Of a stretch of DNA of 64,000 bases, positions 1 to 12,235 are shown one piece after another. The notes below the pieces were generated by a model. That model was not told the origin of the DNA. It made no database searches and worked only from the letters and a program-made list of their open reading frames with translations. Source of the DNA: Convolutriloba macropyga (lineage: Eukaryota); the NCBI RefSeq assembly GCF_964194025.1, contig NC_134472.1:21204001-21268000 (forward strand), read 5' to 3'. The position numbers and the translations under genes are program-made. How positions within the stretch are numbered: the first letter of the stretch is position 1; each line of letters begins with the position of its first letter.

Positions 1-572
1 AGGCGATACCTGAGGCTATTATTGGCCTTCTCTTGGTTTTTACGACTCGAAGAGGAGTATTGGTTTTTATTTCGTCGTCAAGATTTTTGTTACGACCATA
101 TGACGTCACAATCACTTCAAATCTGCGTTTTGTTCATTCGATCATGCAATTTAACTGAATTGCTTACGTGACGTCATTTTTCACTCTTAGTGGAGATTTT
201 TTTGTTCATTCGCGTGATTGTCTATATAACCTTCAACTGAAAAATCTAAAAAGTTTTTTGCTCTACATTTTCAGCGACCGGAGGACATCGGAGTGATTTC
301 AAGTTTTTAAAAAATTTTGTTTCACAACAGCTTTATAATGACAAATATGCTCTAAAAACATCCAGAGATCAGCTTTAAGCAGATGAAAAATCAATTAATC
401 CGCATTCTGTTCACATTTTTTTTGCACAATTGAATAAATTTAATTGGATAATAACGTGACACCAATAACTCTTAGTCAATTTGGCGACTAAACTGATATA
501 TTAAAACTGTCTGTGCTCTTAATGATCGAAACAATGCTTTTTGGAGCTGAATGTGTTTACTTTCTGTTTCAG

Positions 573-741
573 TCAAAGACAAGTTGAAAATAGACCCAGA
601 CTCGGAAATAGCCATGACTACTCTCAGAATCTCCCTCAACTGTCCTCTCGGTGTCTGCAGAATGACTTTGCCTGTTAGGAGTAAACAGTGTACACACGTG
701 CAGTGTTTCGACGCAACCTTCTATGTCAAAATGAACGAGAA
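573..741 (+). CDS. PIAS1: PIAS-family SUMO E3 ligase, internal exon (N-terminal part of SP-RING/zf-MIZ); upstream exons not found in this window
   Basis: Acceptor tttcag at 567-572 and donor gtacg at 742. Translation KDKLKIDPDSEIAMTTLRISLNCPLGVCRMTLPVRSKQCTHVQCFDATFYVKMNEK matches the PIAS pattern ADPDSEIATTSLRVSLxCPLGKMRL..CxHLQCFDA. The paralogue number is not resolvable. Confidence 0.93.
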
Positions 742-820
742 GTACGAACATTAATGACTCTGATATGGGCTGTGTATATAAATTGTGTTGAGAAAGTGGA
801 TAGTTGATTCTGGATTTTAG

Positions 821-886
821 GAGACCGTGTTGGCAGTGTCCAGTATGTGGTAAAGATGCCCCCTTCTCAGAACTTGTTCTTGATGG
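821..886 (+). CDS. PIAS1: PIAS exon (C-terminal part of SP-RING)
   Basis: Acceptor ttttag ends at 820, donor gttagt at 887. Phase-compatible translation (K)RPCWQCPVCGKDAPFSELVLDG. Confidence 0.92.
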
Positions 887-1083
887 GTTAGTCGTTTTTT
901 CTTCTTTGCTTCGATTTTTTGCATCAAATTTTAAAAGTAAAAAGAGTATTTGCGCTCTACTTGTGTTTTCTTAAAAGTTTGCAATGTATAATCTGCTAGT
1001 TTTCAGTCCAAAGACAGTAAATGTCGGTTTCTCTAATGATTTGTTAAAATTTCTCTCACGCCATTGCCTTTTGCTTTCGCATT

Positions 1084-1283
1084 TTCGATGGTGTTTATTT
1101 CAACAAATAAATGCAAGAATACAGTTGCTGTTCTTTCAATTTTTTTGAAAATATCATTCAGTGTACACATGTTGAGTTTCCTGTTCGATGGTGTTTATTT
1201 CAGGAAATACACGCAAGAATACAGTTGCTGTTCTTGCAATTTTTTGAAAATATCATTCAATGTACACATGTTGAGTTTCCTGT
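1084..1283 (+). repeat. Intronic tandem duplication, 2 x ~100 bp
   Basis: ttcgatggtgtttatt...gttgagtttcctg occurs twice head-to-tail inside a PIAS intron. Confidence 0.9.
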
Positions 1284-1322
1284 TTTTGGACTCCGGAATT
1301 ATGATAAATGTTGCTTTTTTAG

Positions 1323-1925
1323 ATATTTCATCGAAGTCCTTGATTCATCTACGTACGACTGCACGGAAATCTTTTGTTACGATAACGGATCATGGGAGCC
1401 TATTGACGGGGACAAGAAGACGTTTCAAACTATTGGAACTCCGTATCAGCAGAACAAATCAGCTACTTCACCTGCCGTTGGCACCGATCTAACGTCACCT
1501 GTTAAAGTTGAAGATTCTCCAAACACACACAGTGAGAACAATAGTGCGAGCATGCGTCGGTCAAGTGTTAGTTCCGCGACTTCAAAGTCAGCTGTGGCCA
1601 CTAAAGAAGGTCCCAAAGAGGAGAAAAGTAAAGCGTCCGCTCAGGCACCTGTACCCGAGGAACAAGAGGAACCCCCGGAAGTTGTGGACCTCTGCTCGGA
1701 TTCAGATGATGAGGAGCCGGCTCAGAAGGAAGCTCCACCCGCCAGACCAGTCTCGGCAATTTCGCTCTCGTCCGCATCTCCAGCCGAAAGTAACCCGAAC
1801 AATGGAAGTGTTCCTCATCCAAAAGAGAGTTCGCCCTTTCCATCGCCACCTTTGATGCCGAATCATGAATTGCAACGCGCAGCGAACCATAGTCAATCTG
1901 AAAGAGCTTATGAGACTCGAAAACG
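1323..1925 (+). CDS. PIAS1: PIAS exon (post-RING region, SUMO-interacting motif and acidic patch)
   Basis: Acceptor tttttag ends at 1322. Reads (G)YFIEVLDSSTYDCTEIFCYDNGSWEP, then the SIM EVVDLCSDSDDEE at about 1678-1716. Donor gtaagt at 1926. Confidence 0.9.
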
Positions 1926-2347
1926 GTAAGTTCAAACCGATTTTTTTACTCTCGGCATGACACTGATCTTCCTTGGAAACCTTTAAGGATGGCAATTGTT
2001 GCAAAAAGTTTATCTGCAAAACGTTTATCTTTGCTGTAGGTGCGCAAAAAACAGAAGAGTGGTATAACTAACAGTTCGGAGGATATTTGTTCAAATTTCG
2101 TTATGGAATTGATGTTCTTTAAAAATCCAGCCATCTCATCATTTTCGAGAAAAATTTACCCGGAAAAATATCAGATAATTATGGACACTAAGTAGAAGCC
2201 GATTTTAAAAGATTTCAAATAATGTGAATAGCAGGGGAAATGAAATATACGTTTTTAGCGCTCGTATGATCGACTATGACGAAATGTGTTCCATTCCGGG
2301 TCACCGTAACCATGTATGAAAAAACTATTGTATTTTTTGGACTGCGT

Positions 2348-4117
2348 AATAGCCGCGAAGCGATAGCGGCTATTATTGGGTACATCGTGGTTTTTTACAA
2401 TTGAAAGAATTTGAATTGTATTGGGGCGCTGTTTTTTTAAGATGTTTTCACACATTTTTCAATGGCTTTGATCTTTCAAAACGGCATAAACAGGTAAAGC
2501 CCTGTGGGCGTTAAGTTTCATTAGAGGCACAAAATGGGCTTTAGTAGTCCTTCAAGTGCTTAGTGGTGCAGCTGCTGGGATGGCCTTAATGTAAGGTTAA
2601 AAGATCATTTTAAGGAGTTTGCGAGACAAAATTACTTATGACCATTTTATGAGCTATAAGTTTTGGTACTACAAACACAAACACGCAAAATGATACTAAT
2701 TTCTGCAATTTTTTTTCAAGTTTTTGAAGCTTTTGTCATTTTTTGAGTTTTTCCAGCCACAAGTGCCAGGGAGTCTCCTTTACGGTTTGTTAATAAGGCA
2801 CTGAATAGTTTCTAGTAGCAATGGAATGGTTTTCAACATTTTTATGTCTCGAATTTTAGCACTTTGATAAAAGCTGCAATTATTTTAAGTTTTCCTAAAA
2901 TTTTTTTTGTCAATTTTTGATATTTGTTCAGCCTCAAGGGCCAGAAAACCTATTCCACGGTCTTATTAAACGTTACTGCATGGTTGTTAGTGTCAATGAA
3001 ATTGTTCAACAGTTTAACATTTCGAATTTTAGGAAATTTTTTTGATAAAATTTGCATTTTTTAAAAACTTTCTGAAAACAATCGTTTTTTATTCAATTTT
3101 TCTTGCCTCAGTAGCCAGGGTTTGATAGTGTGTTATTACATAGTTGCTAGGAGCAATGGAATGGTTATCAACATTTTAATAGAATGAATTTATATTTTGA
3201 AATTTTTGCCTGTCGATCTTTGAGCCAATGAATTTTTTAAGGCTTGGAATTGGGTTACTGGATAGCCACACAGAAATGGTTGTGAGGTTATTAGTATCAG
3301 CATGATTTCATTAAAATTTGCAATTGATTTCTTTTTCTAAAAAGATTTTCTGCCATTTTCTGAGTTAATCGATCTTCAAGGGACGTTGAATTTTTTTCAG
3401 GTCTTGCAGATATAATACTGGACCGATTTCAGTGACAAAAATTGGTTTCGCACATATTTTTGAAATAGTTATGTTTAACTGGATCCAGTTTTGCCTTCGG
3501 GGTAAAAGCTTCAAGATTTTTACCAATGAGTATAGTTTTGTTTAGTTTGTTTGTTTTAGTTTTTCAAACTTTTTGTTGATTTTGTGTGTTTTGGCTGGCA
3601 TTGTTCAATAGATCTGCTGGTCAGGTAGAGTACTTCTAAGTTTTTCATTCATTTCCTCGGATTGTATTTCAGGACTTGTCCTGCTATGGTTTTTTATTTC
3701 GTCGTCTCCAGTGATGATTCTGGCGACCTGACTTCTTGGAATTGACTTTTCCAATTTCAGTGATTTCTACTGCTTTGCCGTTAAAACTGAAATGATTTCT
3801 GAACTCGCTTAATGAAATTTAAATTTTTATGAACTTTTACTAGATAAAGGTCAATAGTATGCATCTAAGTAGTGCAAAACGTGTATGCCCTAATTCTTGA
3901 GTATTAGAGTTTTTGGTTTCGAATATTAATTTTGAAAAAGCTCCGTTAGGGATTTTCCTTATAGAGCGTATGTGTCTGATAAGAATCTAACCAAAAAGTC
4001 TAGTGGTCTATGAAAGGACTGGTGGTCAATCTGTCTATCTTATTTCTTTAGTTGTTTCAATTCATGGAAGGTCCCATGCGTCTATCGTGGCTTTTTTCCG
4101 GCAATCTGCCGGTTATG
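2348..4117 (+). mobile_element. Helentron/HINE-like element, family Z, with nested family X element (2397-3688)
   Basis: 5' hairpin AATAGCCGC-gaagcgata-GCGGCTATT. 3' end TCGTGGCT + CCGGCAATCTGCCGG + TTATG. The nested X starts ACAATTGAAAGAATTTGAATTGT and ends CAGGACTTGTCCTG-CTATG. Confidence 0.75.
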
Positions 4118-4251
4118 TTATGTATTAGATACCATTTTGCACTGATACTATTATTGAACTGATATACCATTATAAAGATGTATCATGAACGCGAGATGGT
4201 CATATTCTACTGTTACAACTGTTACAGATTTAGGTCTTGGTCTTTTTACAG

Positions 4252-4567
4252 ATCGCTTGCACAGGCCAATTCGGGTTCTTACCTTGAAGAAGAGTCAAGT
4301 TATGCCAAATCCGCTCCCGCTTCACAATCCAGAGCATTTCTCAACCCACCCTTGGTGACATCCAATTTGGCACTGGGAGTTGGGGCCTCGAGTCGAGGAC
4401 TACCAGGGTCAGTTGTGCCCCCCACCGTCATCCCTCGGCCTCCGGTTCCGACTCCGACGTTTTTGAACGACGCAGCGCCAATGGGCAGTTTGAGTAGCGC
4501 CTCCACTGATCTGTATGGGCGAAGCAAGCTTAACCCAAATGCTGCAGTTTTCAACCCATCCTATAAT
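4252..4567 (+). CDS. PIAS1: PIAS exon (Ser/Pro-rich C-terminal region containing a PAM2-like motif)
   Basis: Acceptor tttttacag ends at 4251 and its phase 2 matches the previous exon (CG+A = R, then SLAQANSG). GC-richer open frame; donor gtgagt at 4568. Confidence 0.8.
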
Positions 4568-4607
4568 GTGAGTTGTATAGTACACTGTAACATTATAATT
4601 TCTTTTT

Positions 4608-6867
4608 ATAGCTGCGAAGCTGTAAGCTGAGCGTAGCTATATTGCGGTGCTCTTGGTTTTTACGACTCGAAGAGGAGTATTGGTTTTCTTAAGGTTTTTT
4701 TTTTTACCGGAAGTACTATTCGTTCAGACGATGTTTTGACCTAAAAGCGAAAGCGAGTAAAATTGCAGTGTGAACTAATTTTTTCTGAGCGAGAGAAGTT
4801 TTTTGATCATGCGCTGAGTTTAGTGAATGACTTTTTGATATTGAAAAGTAGTTTTTGACTGAATGGCACATATAGATAACCGTTTTTAGCTGTTTTTTCG
4901 TCTAAGTGGCCTAGTTTTTTTGCTTGTAATTTGGTTTTTTGTATAAATAATTTTTAATCGATGCTATGTGGAAATGTAAACCCCGGAAATTGATAGCACA
5001 GTATTTTGCATAGCCTGAAACTGCGTTTCAAATGCGAAATTGGCACATATTTCTTGATTTTTTAGTTAATTTTTGACTTTTTTTCTATTAATTTCTTCAT
5101 TTTTGGATCTTTTATCTGTTTTTTGTCAAAAATCAGTTAATATGGCAACTTCCCTTTGATAATTCATATACTCAATGCCTCTTTCTACCTCGATGTAATT
5201 TTGTTTCATAAAATTGTACATTTGCTAATCCGATTTTCGTAGTTTTTTGCCATTTTTTTCAGTTTTTTGTTTGTATTTTGCTTTTAATTACTAGAAATAG
5301 TATTTTGAGGAACATGAGGGACTTTAATTTTGTTTCAATAAAAATGCAATTATTTTTTGGTGTTAAGTTTTTGAAAAAACAGAAATTTTTTTCATAAATG
5401 CAGTCTTAAATATTTTTTGACCACTTTGCAAAATGTTTCAATGTTTCGCATGTCTGAATTTTGCTTTTTCTTGTTTTATTCTCTTGAGCAAGTTGGATTT
5501 TTGTCTCGAATGACTCATTGTCTTTTATATGTCTCGAATGCTGATCAATGAAATGTACTCGTTTTTCTTGATTTTTTTAAATTTGATTTTTAACTTTCAA
5601 AAATCAAGAATTGGTCTTTTTGTTACGGTGTTCCTAACATTGTGTCTATATTCTTCACATTCTCGTTTGTATCATTCTAGTTTCGTCCTGGCACCTACTT
5701 TTATATTCGTTTTATTGATTTTTTAGTTGTTAAAAAATTGAATGAATTCAGCTTTTTCTTAGATCTTGGTTTCTTCGGTTTGCAATTGATTTAATTCAAA
5801 ATAAAGCAGTACTGGGAGTTTGCTAGAAAGTCTTTTCCAACATTTCTACTTATTCCTATTCATTGCAATTTTCTTCCGGGCTTGGTATTGTTTTTAGACG
5901 ATTTTTTGCCTTTGAATATTATTCTGTTGCTTTTGTTTTTCTATGATTAATTTAATTTTTGAATTAGTATGAAATCATGTTGCCTAGCATATATACAACA
6001 AGGAAGAATCATGTATTATTTTTGTCTTAATTGCCGTGATTAGAAATCTAATTGTAGTGGTTCTCTGATTCTTAAGTTTGAGCACTCTTTTTTGAATTAT
6101 TTTGACTTTCCTGTCTTTTTTGAAAAGTTTTTATCTGACGTTTGCTTTCGCGATCTTTTTGAGATTAGAATCAATAATTATCTGAAGGCAATTGATGGCC
6201 CTGTCAGCTTTGTCAGGCTATCAGCTTTTCGACCATCCTAAAAATTTCAGACTTTTTTAACGTTACCAAACGTTTTCAATAATAAAATTTTGCTGCATTT
6301 TCTTTCTCTTGGTGACTTGGTTTAAATTTCACCGATTTTTAGATCAGACCCGGGGAGGCAATGAGTTAATGGTTTAATACAAAAGGTAATGGCTTCAGCT
6401 TTTTGTGAAGTTTTGGTGATTCGAGTCGCTTCCGGAATTTTTCCGGCTATGTTTTTTTGTTTCGTCGTCTGACGCTTTATTTTCGTTTTACATTTGTTCT
6501 AGAACATTCTGTCTCGTCACTGCTTAAATGGCTTTTTCGCGCTTGATTTCACGCTTTCTGCGTGACCTAAATTGCGGTTATTCAGAAACAGAATCTGTTC
6601 CTAAAACAAAATTGATTGTAAGAAAACAGATTGTATGGTCCGACAGCCGAGTGGTTAAGGCGACTGGCTGTTAATCCGGAAATCGCCGGTTCGAGACGCG
6701 ACAGGGAAACTTTTTTTGCACCCAAAAACAACCTCCTTTGAAATAAACTTGTAAGTTTTATAGGCGGCGGCGATAACTATTATCAACTCACTTCTCTATC
6801 TTTTTCCATCTGTATTTTACGGCACGCAAGTCTATTTCGCAGCTATTCCGGCAATCTGCCGGCTATG
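4608..6867 (+). mobile_element. HINE-like family Z element (tRNA-carrying subfamily) with nested family W element (4662-6451)
   Basis: 5' ATAGCTGCGA...CGTAGCTAT; 3' TCGCAGCTAT + CCGGCAATCTGCCGG + CTATG. W is bounded by ACGACTCGAA and TTCGAGTCGC + CCGGAATTTTTCCGG + CTATG. Host sequence is nearly identical to the outer parts of 49277-51227. Confidence 0.8.
6637..6710 (+). pseudogene. tRNA-derived (Asn GTT-like) Pol III cassette inside a family Z element
   Basis: A-box-like CAGCCGAGTGG, D-stem GCC/GGC, loop CTGTTAA, B-box GGTTCGAGAC, followed by a T7 run. Acceptor and T stems pair poorly, so it is not a functional tRNA. Confidence 0.7.
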
Positions 6868-7169
6868 TTACATATCGTAAAATGATATACAAAAATTGAC
6901 TGCAAATTCAACAGAATTTTCACATTTTTTGTACTCGTTTAACTGCTCTCGAACGAAGTTCGAACCAGTTATTGTAAACAAGTTTGTCTTTTTTATGCAA
7001 AACTTTCGCGTGACCGTTGTGTTCAAGAACATTCTTCCCGTTCACTTCTCGAGTGACTTTTTCCACGCTTGACTTCTTGATTTCTTGCATATCCTAAATT
7101 GCTCTAATTGAGAAATCAAGTCTGTCGTTAAAACAAATCCGATTTCAATCTATCACGAGACCCTGATAG

Positions 7170-7522
7170 ACGAACTTTGTAGCAATTGTATTAGTCCTGT
7201 GGTCTTTTTTAATGCGATTTTTCGCTTGACTGATTTTTTGTGTGGCCCATTTGACTTTTCGTCCTCAAAGGATAAACAGCTACCGCCCGGAAGGCATGGA
7301 GGTCTCTATGAGCCTTACCAGTATCTAAGAATGCTATTTATCGAAACTATTTCGAGCAGAAAATTTCATGTTGTGAAGGACGGTTCTTAATCTTCCCACT
7401 CTGCTCCACCCACTCCGCTCCCCCTCCCCAACGCTAGCATCTCTGAGCATCAGCTGGGTACTACCACAGACAACCGCTCTCCAGTCGTTTGCGAGCAATT
7501 CGCCCGACTTTAGTCGGTTACG
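7170..7522 (+). mobile_element. HINE-like family V element (5' end degenerate)
   Basis: cgaactttgtagcaattgtattagtc near the 5' end; 3' CGTTTGCGAGCAATT + CCGACTTTAGTCGG + TTACG. Homologous to 31624-32015 and 46389-46842. Confidence 0.6.
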
Positions 7523-10003
7523 TTCAATGCTTTTAGTCTATTAAGCCGGAAGTCGGGGGTTTCGAACCACTCCTAGCTCGAACTACCAATTATCCAGGGT
7601 GGTTGACCAGCCACCAAATTTTATCCAAGCCACAGCTTTCAATCAGTTTTTCTATTTGAATTTTTTGTTGTCATAAAGATCATAGTATTCTAAAGTATTA
7701 TTTTTTGGGTAGTTTTGATAGCGCTTTTAAGACTTTTGATAATTAGGAGGAGAGTACGCTAATTTAAGGCTTTTTCAAGTGTTTCGCGGTTTTTCGGCTA
7801 TTTTAGCGATGCCGTAACAATAAATTTATTATTGCATTTTTTAAAAACTGAATTGAAGCCTAATGCCCCTAAGCATTTTCTATTATGAACTGAATTATAT
7901 TTTGGGTGCAAAGCAGTTTTCTTGTAAAGTTAGTCAAAACAATTGACTAATTTTTAGAAATTTTTTCATTGGTTTTTTAAAAGTTATGGAGATTTGTGAC
8001 TTGTTTTGGCTTGCCTTTTATTGTATGAGAAATGATTTAGTCTCGAATGCATCCAACAAACTTTCCGTGTGGATGTTGACTTTGTTACATAAAAAAGTAA
8101 TTGAGTTTTCCTGATTTTTTAAGTTAATTTCGTTTTTGGTAAGCTTTATTTGACATACCATTTTTGTCTTCTCTGCTTTCATTCGCTCTGCCAAGAGAAA
8201 ATAGAGGCTATTTCTGGCGAAGATGAATCTTATCGAGTTGTATCTGTAATTCTTCCGGCTATAAAATTAAGATCTCACTATTTCATGATTTTTAAAGTCA
8301 TATTGTAGTGATCATTTTGGTAATGCTGAAACGGGAAGTAAAGCAAATAAAGCTTGTGATTTTGGCGTGAATTTTTATATATCTAATTTAAAAGTAAATT
8401 GAGGAAACAGTTCAGCTTTCTCACTAGTGGTTTTGTTCAGGTGCGGCAGTGTGACTTGAGTTTTACTGTTTTTCAACCGAATTTTTTCCCAATTATTTCC
8501 CAGTTCATTCTACGTTTAGGTTTTTGTTTAGTTGATGAAACGTCTTTGAATTGGAGTTTGTTCAGAACTTGTCCTGCAATGTTGTTTGTTCTGATATGGG
8601 AGTGATATTAGAATCGGAAACTCGAGGAGTGGTCTAAGTTTGTAGCAGGTGTTTCGGTGCACAAATGGGAAAAGTGGAGAAAACTGAGTGTGGTAATTTT
8701 TATTATAGCTTCTTTGAAAACAGAGAAAGGAATGATGGTGTGAAATTTTTTTAAGGGAGCAAATTTATTTTAATCACGTGCTGCTTTTTCAAACAGTTAT
8801 TTCGTTTCTTATTTTGTTCTAAAAAAATTTATTGGTGATCAGAAAGAACGTTTTTAGAAAGAACGTTTTCAGGTCTTTTCAGAACGTTTTTTTATTTAGA
8901 AAGAACGTTTTTAGGTAGCTCAGATAGCTACCTTAAAACGTTCGGTTAGGTAGTCTTAGTAATTAAAGTGAGTTTCCATTTTTTTTGGATTTTTAAGCTA
9001 TTGTAGTGATTTTGGCCCGTTGTTCTGTTTATTGCCTCTATGGGTATGTGAATTTGGTTTTAATACTAATGAGAATGTTTTACTGTACTATATAAAATAC
9101 GGCATTTTGGTACAAAGTTTTTATTCTTTAGAATTTGAAAATGAAAAATGAGAATTTTTTTTGCTATTCTTCTATTTCTTAGTTTTCTTTTTATTCAAAA
9201 TTAGATTTTTGTAACCTTAATACGGCTTGCTTAATTTTTGTGAGCATTTTTGTAGTCTCTATTGCATGAAAGGAAGTTTGTTGTTTGTTTGTGTACTAAC
9301 ACTATACCAAAAATAAATTGATTTTTCTATTTCTATTGTTAATTTGCTTTTGGCTTATTTTTGTTATTTGTTTTAACATTGTTATGTTCTCTACTTTGAG
9401 TTTTGCCAGTTGATGCTAGTAATTTAATATGCCATTTTTTTGGGTTAAAGCAACTTCGAGTCGTTTTGGGAACTCTTCCGGCTATTTTTTTAATGTTCTG
9501 TTCACACTTTCTACTTTTTGATGTTAATGAGAAGTCAAATTAGAGTGGCAATTTTTTTTCACAATGAAGTAGTAAAGGGTGTAAAAAAGCGATCATGTTC
9601 TAAATCCGATTTTTTAAGAAGTATTTTTTTAAAAAGAAAGTGAAATTGGTGATAGAAGTAACTCTTGTTTTGTTTTAAGATTTTTCACCTGAGGCAATTT
9701 GAGATCTGTGTTCAGTGTTTGTTTTTCATGAGTGCTATTAAAAACCGAGCGACAGTTTCATTCTAATTGTGCCTAGTTGCAAAGGGTTTAATCCCTCAAG
9801 GGGCAGTTGAAGTGTTTTACGATCTTGACACAATTTACTTCAAGTCTGTTATTTAGATCATTTCTGATAGTCCTCAAGGGTTGCTAATAGGTATATGAGA
9901 ATTGAAATAGCGTTCTTAGTTCATAGCTAGTGGTTTCTCTAGCATTGTCACTAATTTTTTTCAAAGAATAACTTGCTTTTTTTGTGTTTTTCCGTTTGCG
10001 TTT

Positions 10004-10501
10004 AATAGCCGGAAAGCGATAGCTGAAGCTGTTTTTGGCCTTCTCTTGGTTTTTTCATTTCGTCGGCAAGATTTTTGTTCGATTATTTGATGTCACAATA
10101 ACTTGAAATCTGCTTTTTGTTCATTCGTTTATGCAGTCTCACTTGAATTGTGTGCGTGACGTCATTTCTCGATCTTAGTAGAGAGAATTTTTTTTTCATT
10201 CGCGTTATTTAAGTTTTGGTCAGACATGACTTATCTCACTCTCAAAATTGACTTGCTCGCTCTGAAGTTGACTTTTTTTACTGCAATTCATAGAGATGAG
10301 GTCAAGTGAATGCGTGTCACTCTTATTGAAGGGTATTGGAGTGCTATTAGAAGGAGCTATAAGTTACAGATTCTTTATCAAAACAACATCTCAACATTTA
10401 ATAAAAAGAAGTTTCTTCTTTGGTCTGATTCTTTTACTATTTTTTAAGACTGCAAATCTACGAAGCTGTTGCGGCTATTTTCTGGCAACCTGCCAGCTTT
10501 G
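10004..10501 (+). mobile_element. HINE-like family Z element with an empty internal T-tract
   Basis: 5' AATAGCCGGA; 3' GCGGCTATT + CTGGCAACCTGCCAG. The site tcttgg-T7-catttcgtcg is uninterrupted. Body homologous to 1-220 and 18902-19377. Confidence 0.7.
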
Positions 10502-11251
10502 TTGCTCTTTTTGTTGTCATAAGTTTTGTCTCGTTGATGACTGGTCATATCGGTTGCAAATGAATTATAAAGTATTATTGGTTGGAATTGCGGAGCTTTT
10601 GTTTTTTAATTGCTCTCAAACGAAGTTTGTAGCAATTATATTAGTCCGGTTGGTTTTTTTATGTGATTTTTTGCTTGACCAATTTTTCGTCTGACCCATT
10701 TGACTTTTGGTCCTCGAAAACAGGATAACAAGTTGTTCCCAGCGGGCATTAAGTTCCCTTAGAGCCTTGCAGCTCACTAGTGTCCAAATATGCGATTCAC
10801 AGAAACTGTTTTAGAGACTTGTACTTATGGTGTGCATGGCGGCCCTTAGACGTTGACCCTTAGAGGTTGTTCTAATGTTGTGGAATTTGTTGGTTTCTGT
10901 TGGGTGTATGCATATTATGATCATTTTGTTGGTTTCTGTTTGGTGTATGCATATTAGGACCATATTATCAATATTTCTATAAATTTTTTTTTCATATATT
11001 TTATCAACACTTCGTTATATATTTTTATCAACACTATTTTTCGCGAAATGGAAATTTGTACCTTCAAATTTGTTCTTTTTTGCGGATTTTGGGTCATTTG
11101 CTTTGTTAAGTGTCGAAGTTTTATTTCTTTAGAAATATGGCGATTTCCAGGTCATTGGTTATTTCAATTCTTCGGATTGTAATTCAGAACTTGTCTTGCT
11201 GTGTTTATAAATCGTCGTTATCCTTAGTTTGTTACGACCATTTGATCACGC

Positions 11252-11668
11252 GCCAAAAAGTCGAAGTGGGATTTTTTAGACGTGTACCCCTCTGCAGTTG
11301 AATTTTTGTGCGTGACGTCATTTGTTACTGCTTTCTGTATGGGTTTTCATGTCAATGCTGTAATGAATTTTTATCAATCATAACTTACCTCACATAAAAT
11401 ATTTTTTTCCGTCACTTATTTCGTCTAATTTCAGGGTTTAAAGTCTAATTTGAATAGTCGAAGCCAAAAAGTCGAAGTGGGATTTCTTAGACGTGTACCC
11501 CTCTGCAGTTGAATTTTTGTGCGTGACGTCATTTGTTACTGCTTTCTGTATAGGGTTTCATGTCAATGCTGTGATGAATTTTTATCAATCATGACTCACC
11601 TCACTTAAAATATTTTTTTCCGTCTTTTATTTAGTCTAATTTCAGAGTTTAAAGTCTAATTTGAATAG
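11252..11668 (+). repeat. Tandem duplication, 2 x ~210 bp
   Basis: gccaaaaagtcgaagtgggattt...aagtctaatttgaatag starts at 11252 and again at 11463. Confidence 0.9.
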
Positions 11669-12013
11669 AAGTTAACCGATAATTATAAGGCTATATTACT
11701 TGAAACCCATCAGTAATTAAAGTTTTATTTGAAAATAAGGGTAATTTGGAATCAGAGTCAGTTTTTCAGACCGCAGTTTTTCTTTGGTGTTGATTTTGTT
11801 AACTATATTGTCTAGCAGCGGTTTTTTGCGCGACTATTATCCGGCAATTTGATTTCTTAGTTTAGCATGGAAGTTAGAACAGAAATAAGTGACATTAGAT
11901 TGTAATTAAAACGGATTCCTTATCTTTTGTATATCATAAATGCACAGCTCTTTGGTAACTATATTTGTAGCTCTTTGGTACTATCTGCAGACCCAGTAGT
12001 CTTTGTTTTCCAG

Positions 12014-12235
12014 TCATACGCCGCAATTGATCCGCGAACTGGCTTCACCGGACACCACCCTCAACAACAGCGTGACAACAACAGTGCAATCAATTCCATA
12101 GGCATCCCACCACCACCCTCTCGCCCCACCAGCGCACGATCAGCTACTAACGAGAATTACCCTCAAATTAGCAATTCGTTTTTCCCACCGCCTCCTATGC
12201 GCCCTAAAGAGTTCAACATTATCGAGCTAGAATAG
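12014..12235 (+). CDS. PIAS1: PIAS terminal exon
   Basis: Acceptor ttttccag ends at 12013, phase 0 as required. Pro-rich frame ending FNIIELE-stop, like the PIAS C-terminal SIM (IISLD type). AATAAA at 12241. Confidence 0.8.
   Translation, partial: SYAAIDPRTGFTGHHPQQQRDNNSAINSIGIPPPPSRPTSARSATNENYPQISNSFFPPPPMRPKEFNIIELE

Noticed and set aside
275-292. Possible PIAS micro-exon after tttcag (RPEDIG)
   Set aside because: Weak donor and phase incompatible with the exon at 573.
1064-1322. Repeated N-terminal peptide in ORFs 1064..1492 and 1111..1929
   Set aside because: Comes from an intronic 100-bp duplication; the real exon starts at 1323.
6637-6710. Functional tRNA-Asn gene
   Set aside because: Acceptor and T stems do not pair, the anticodon arm differs between the two copies, and it sits inside a repeat.
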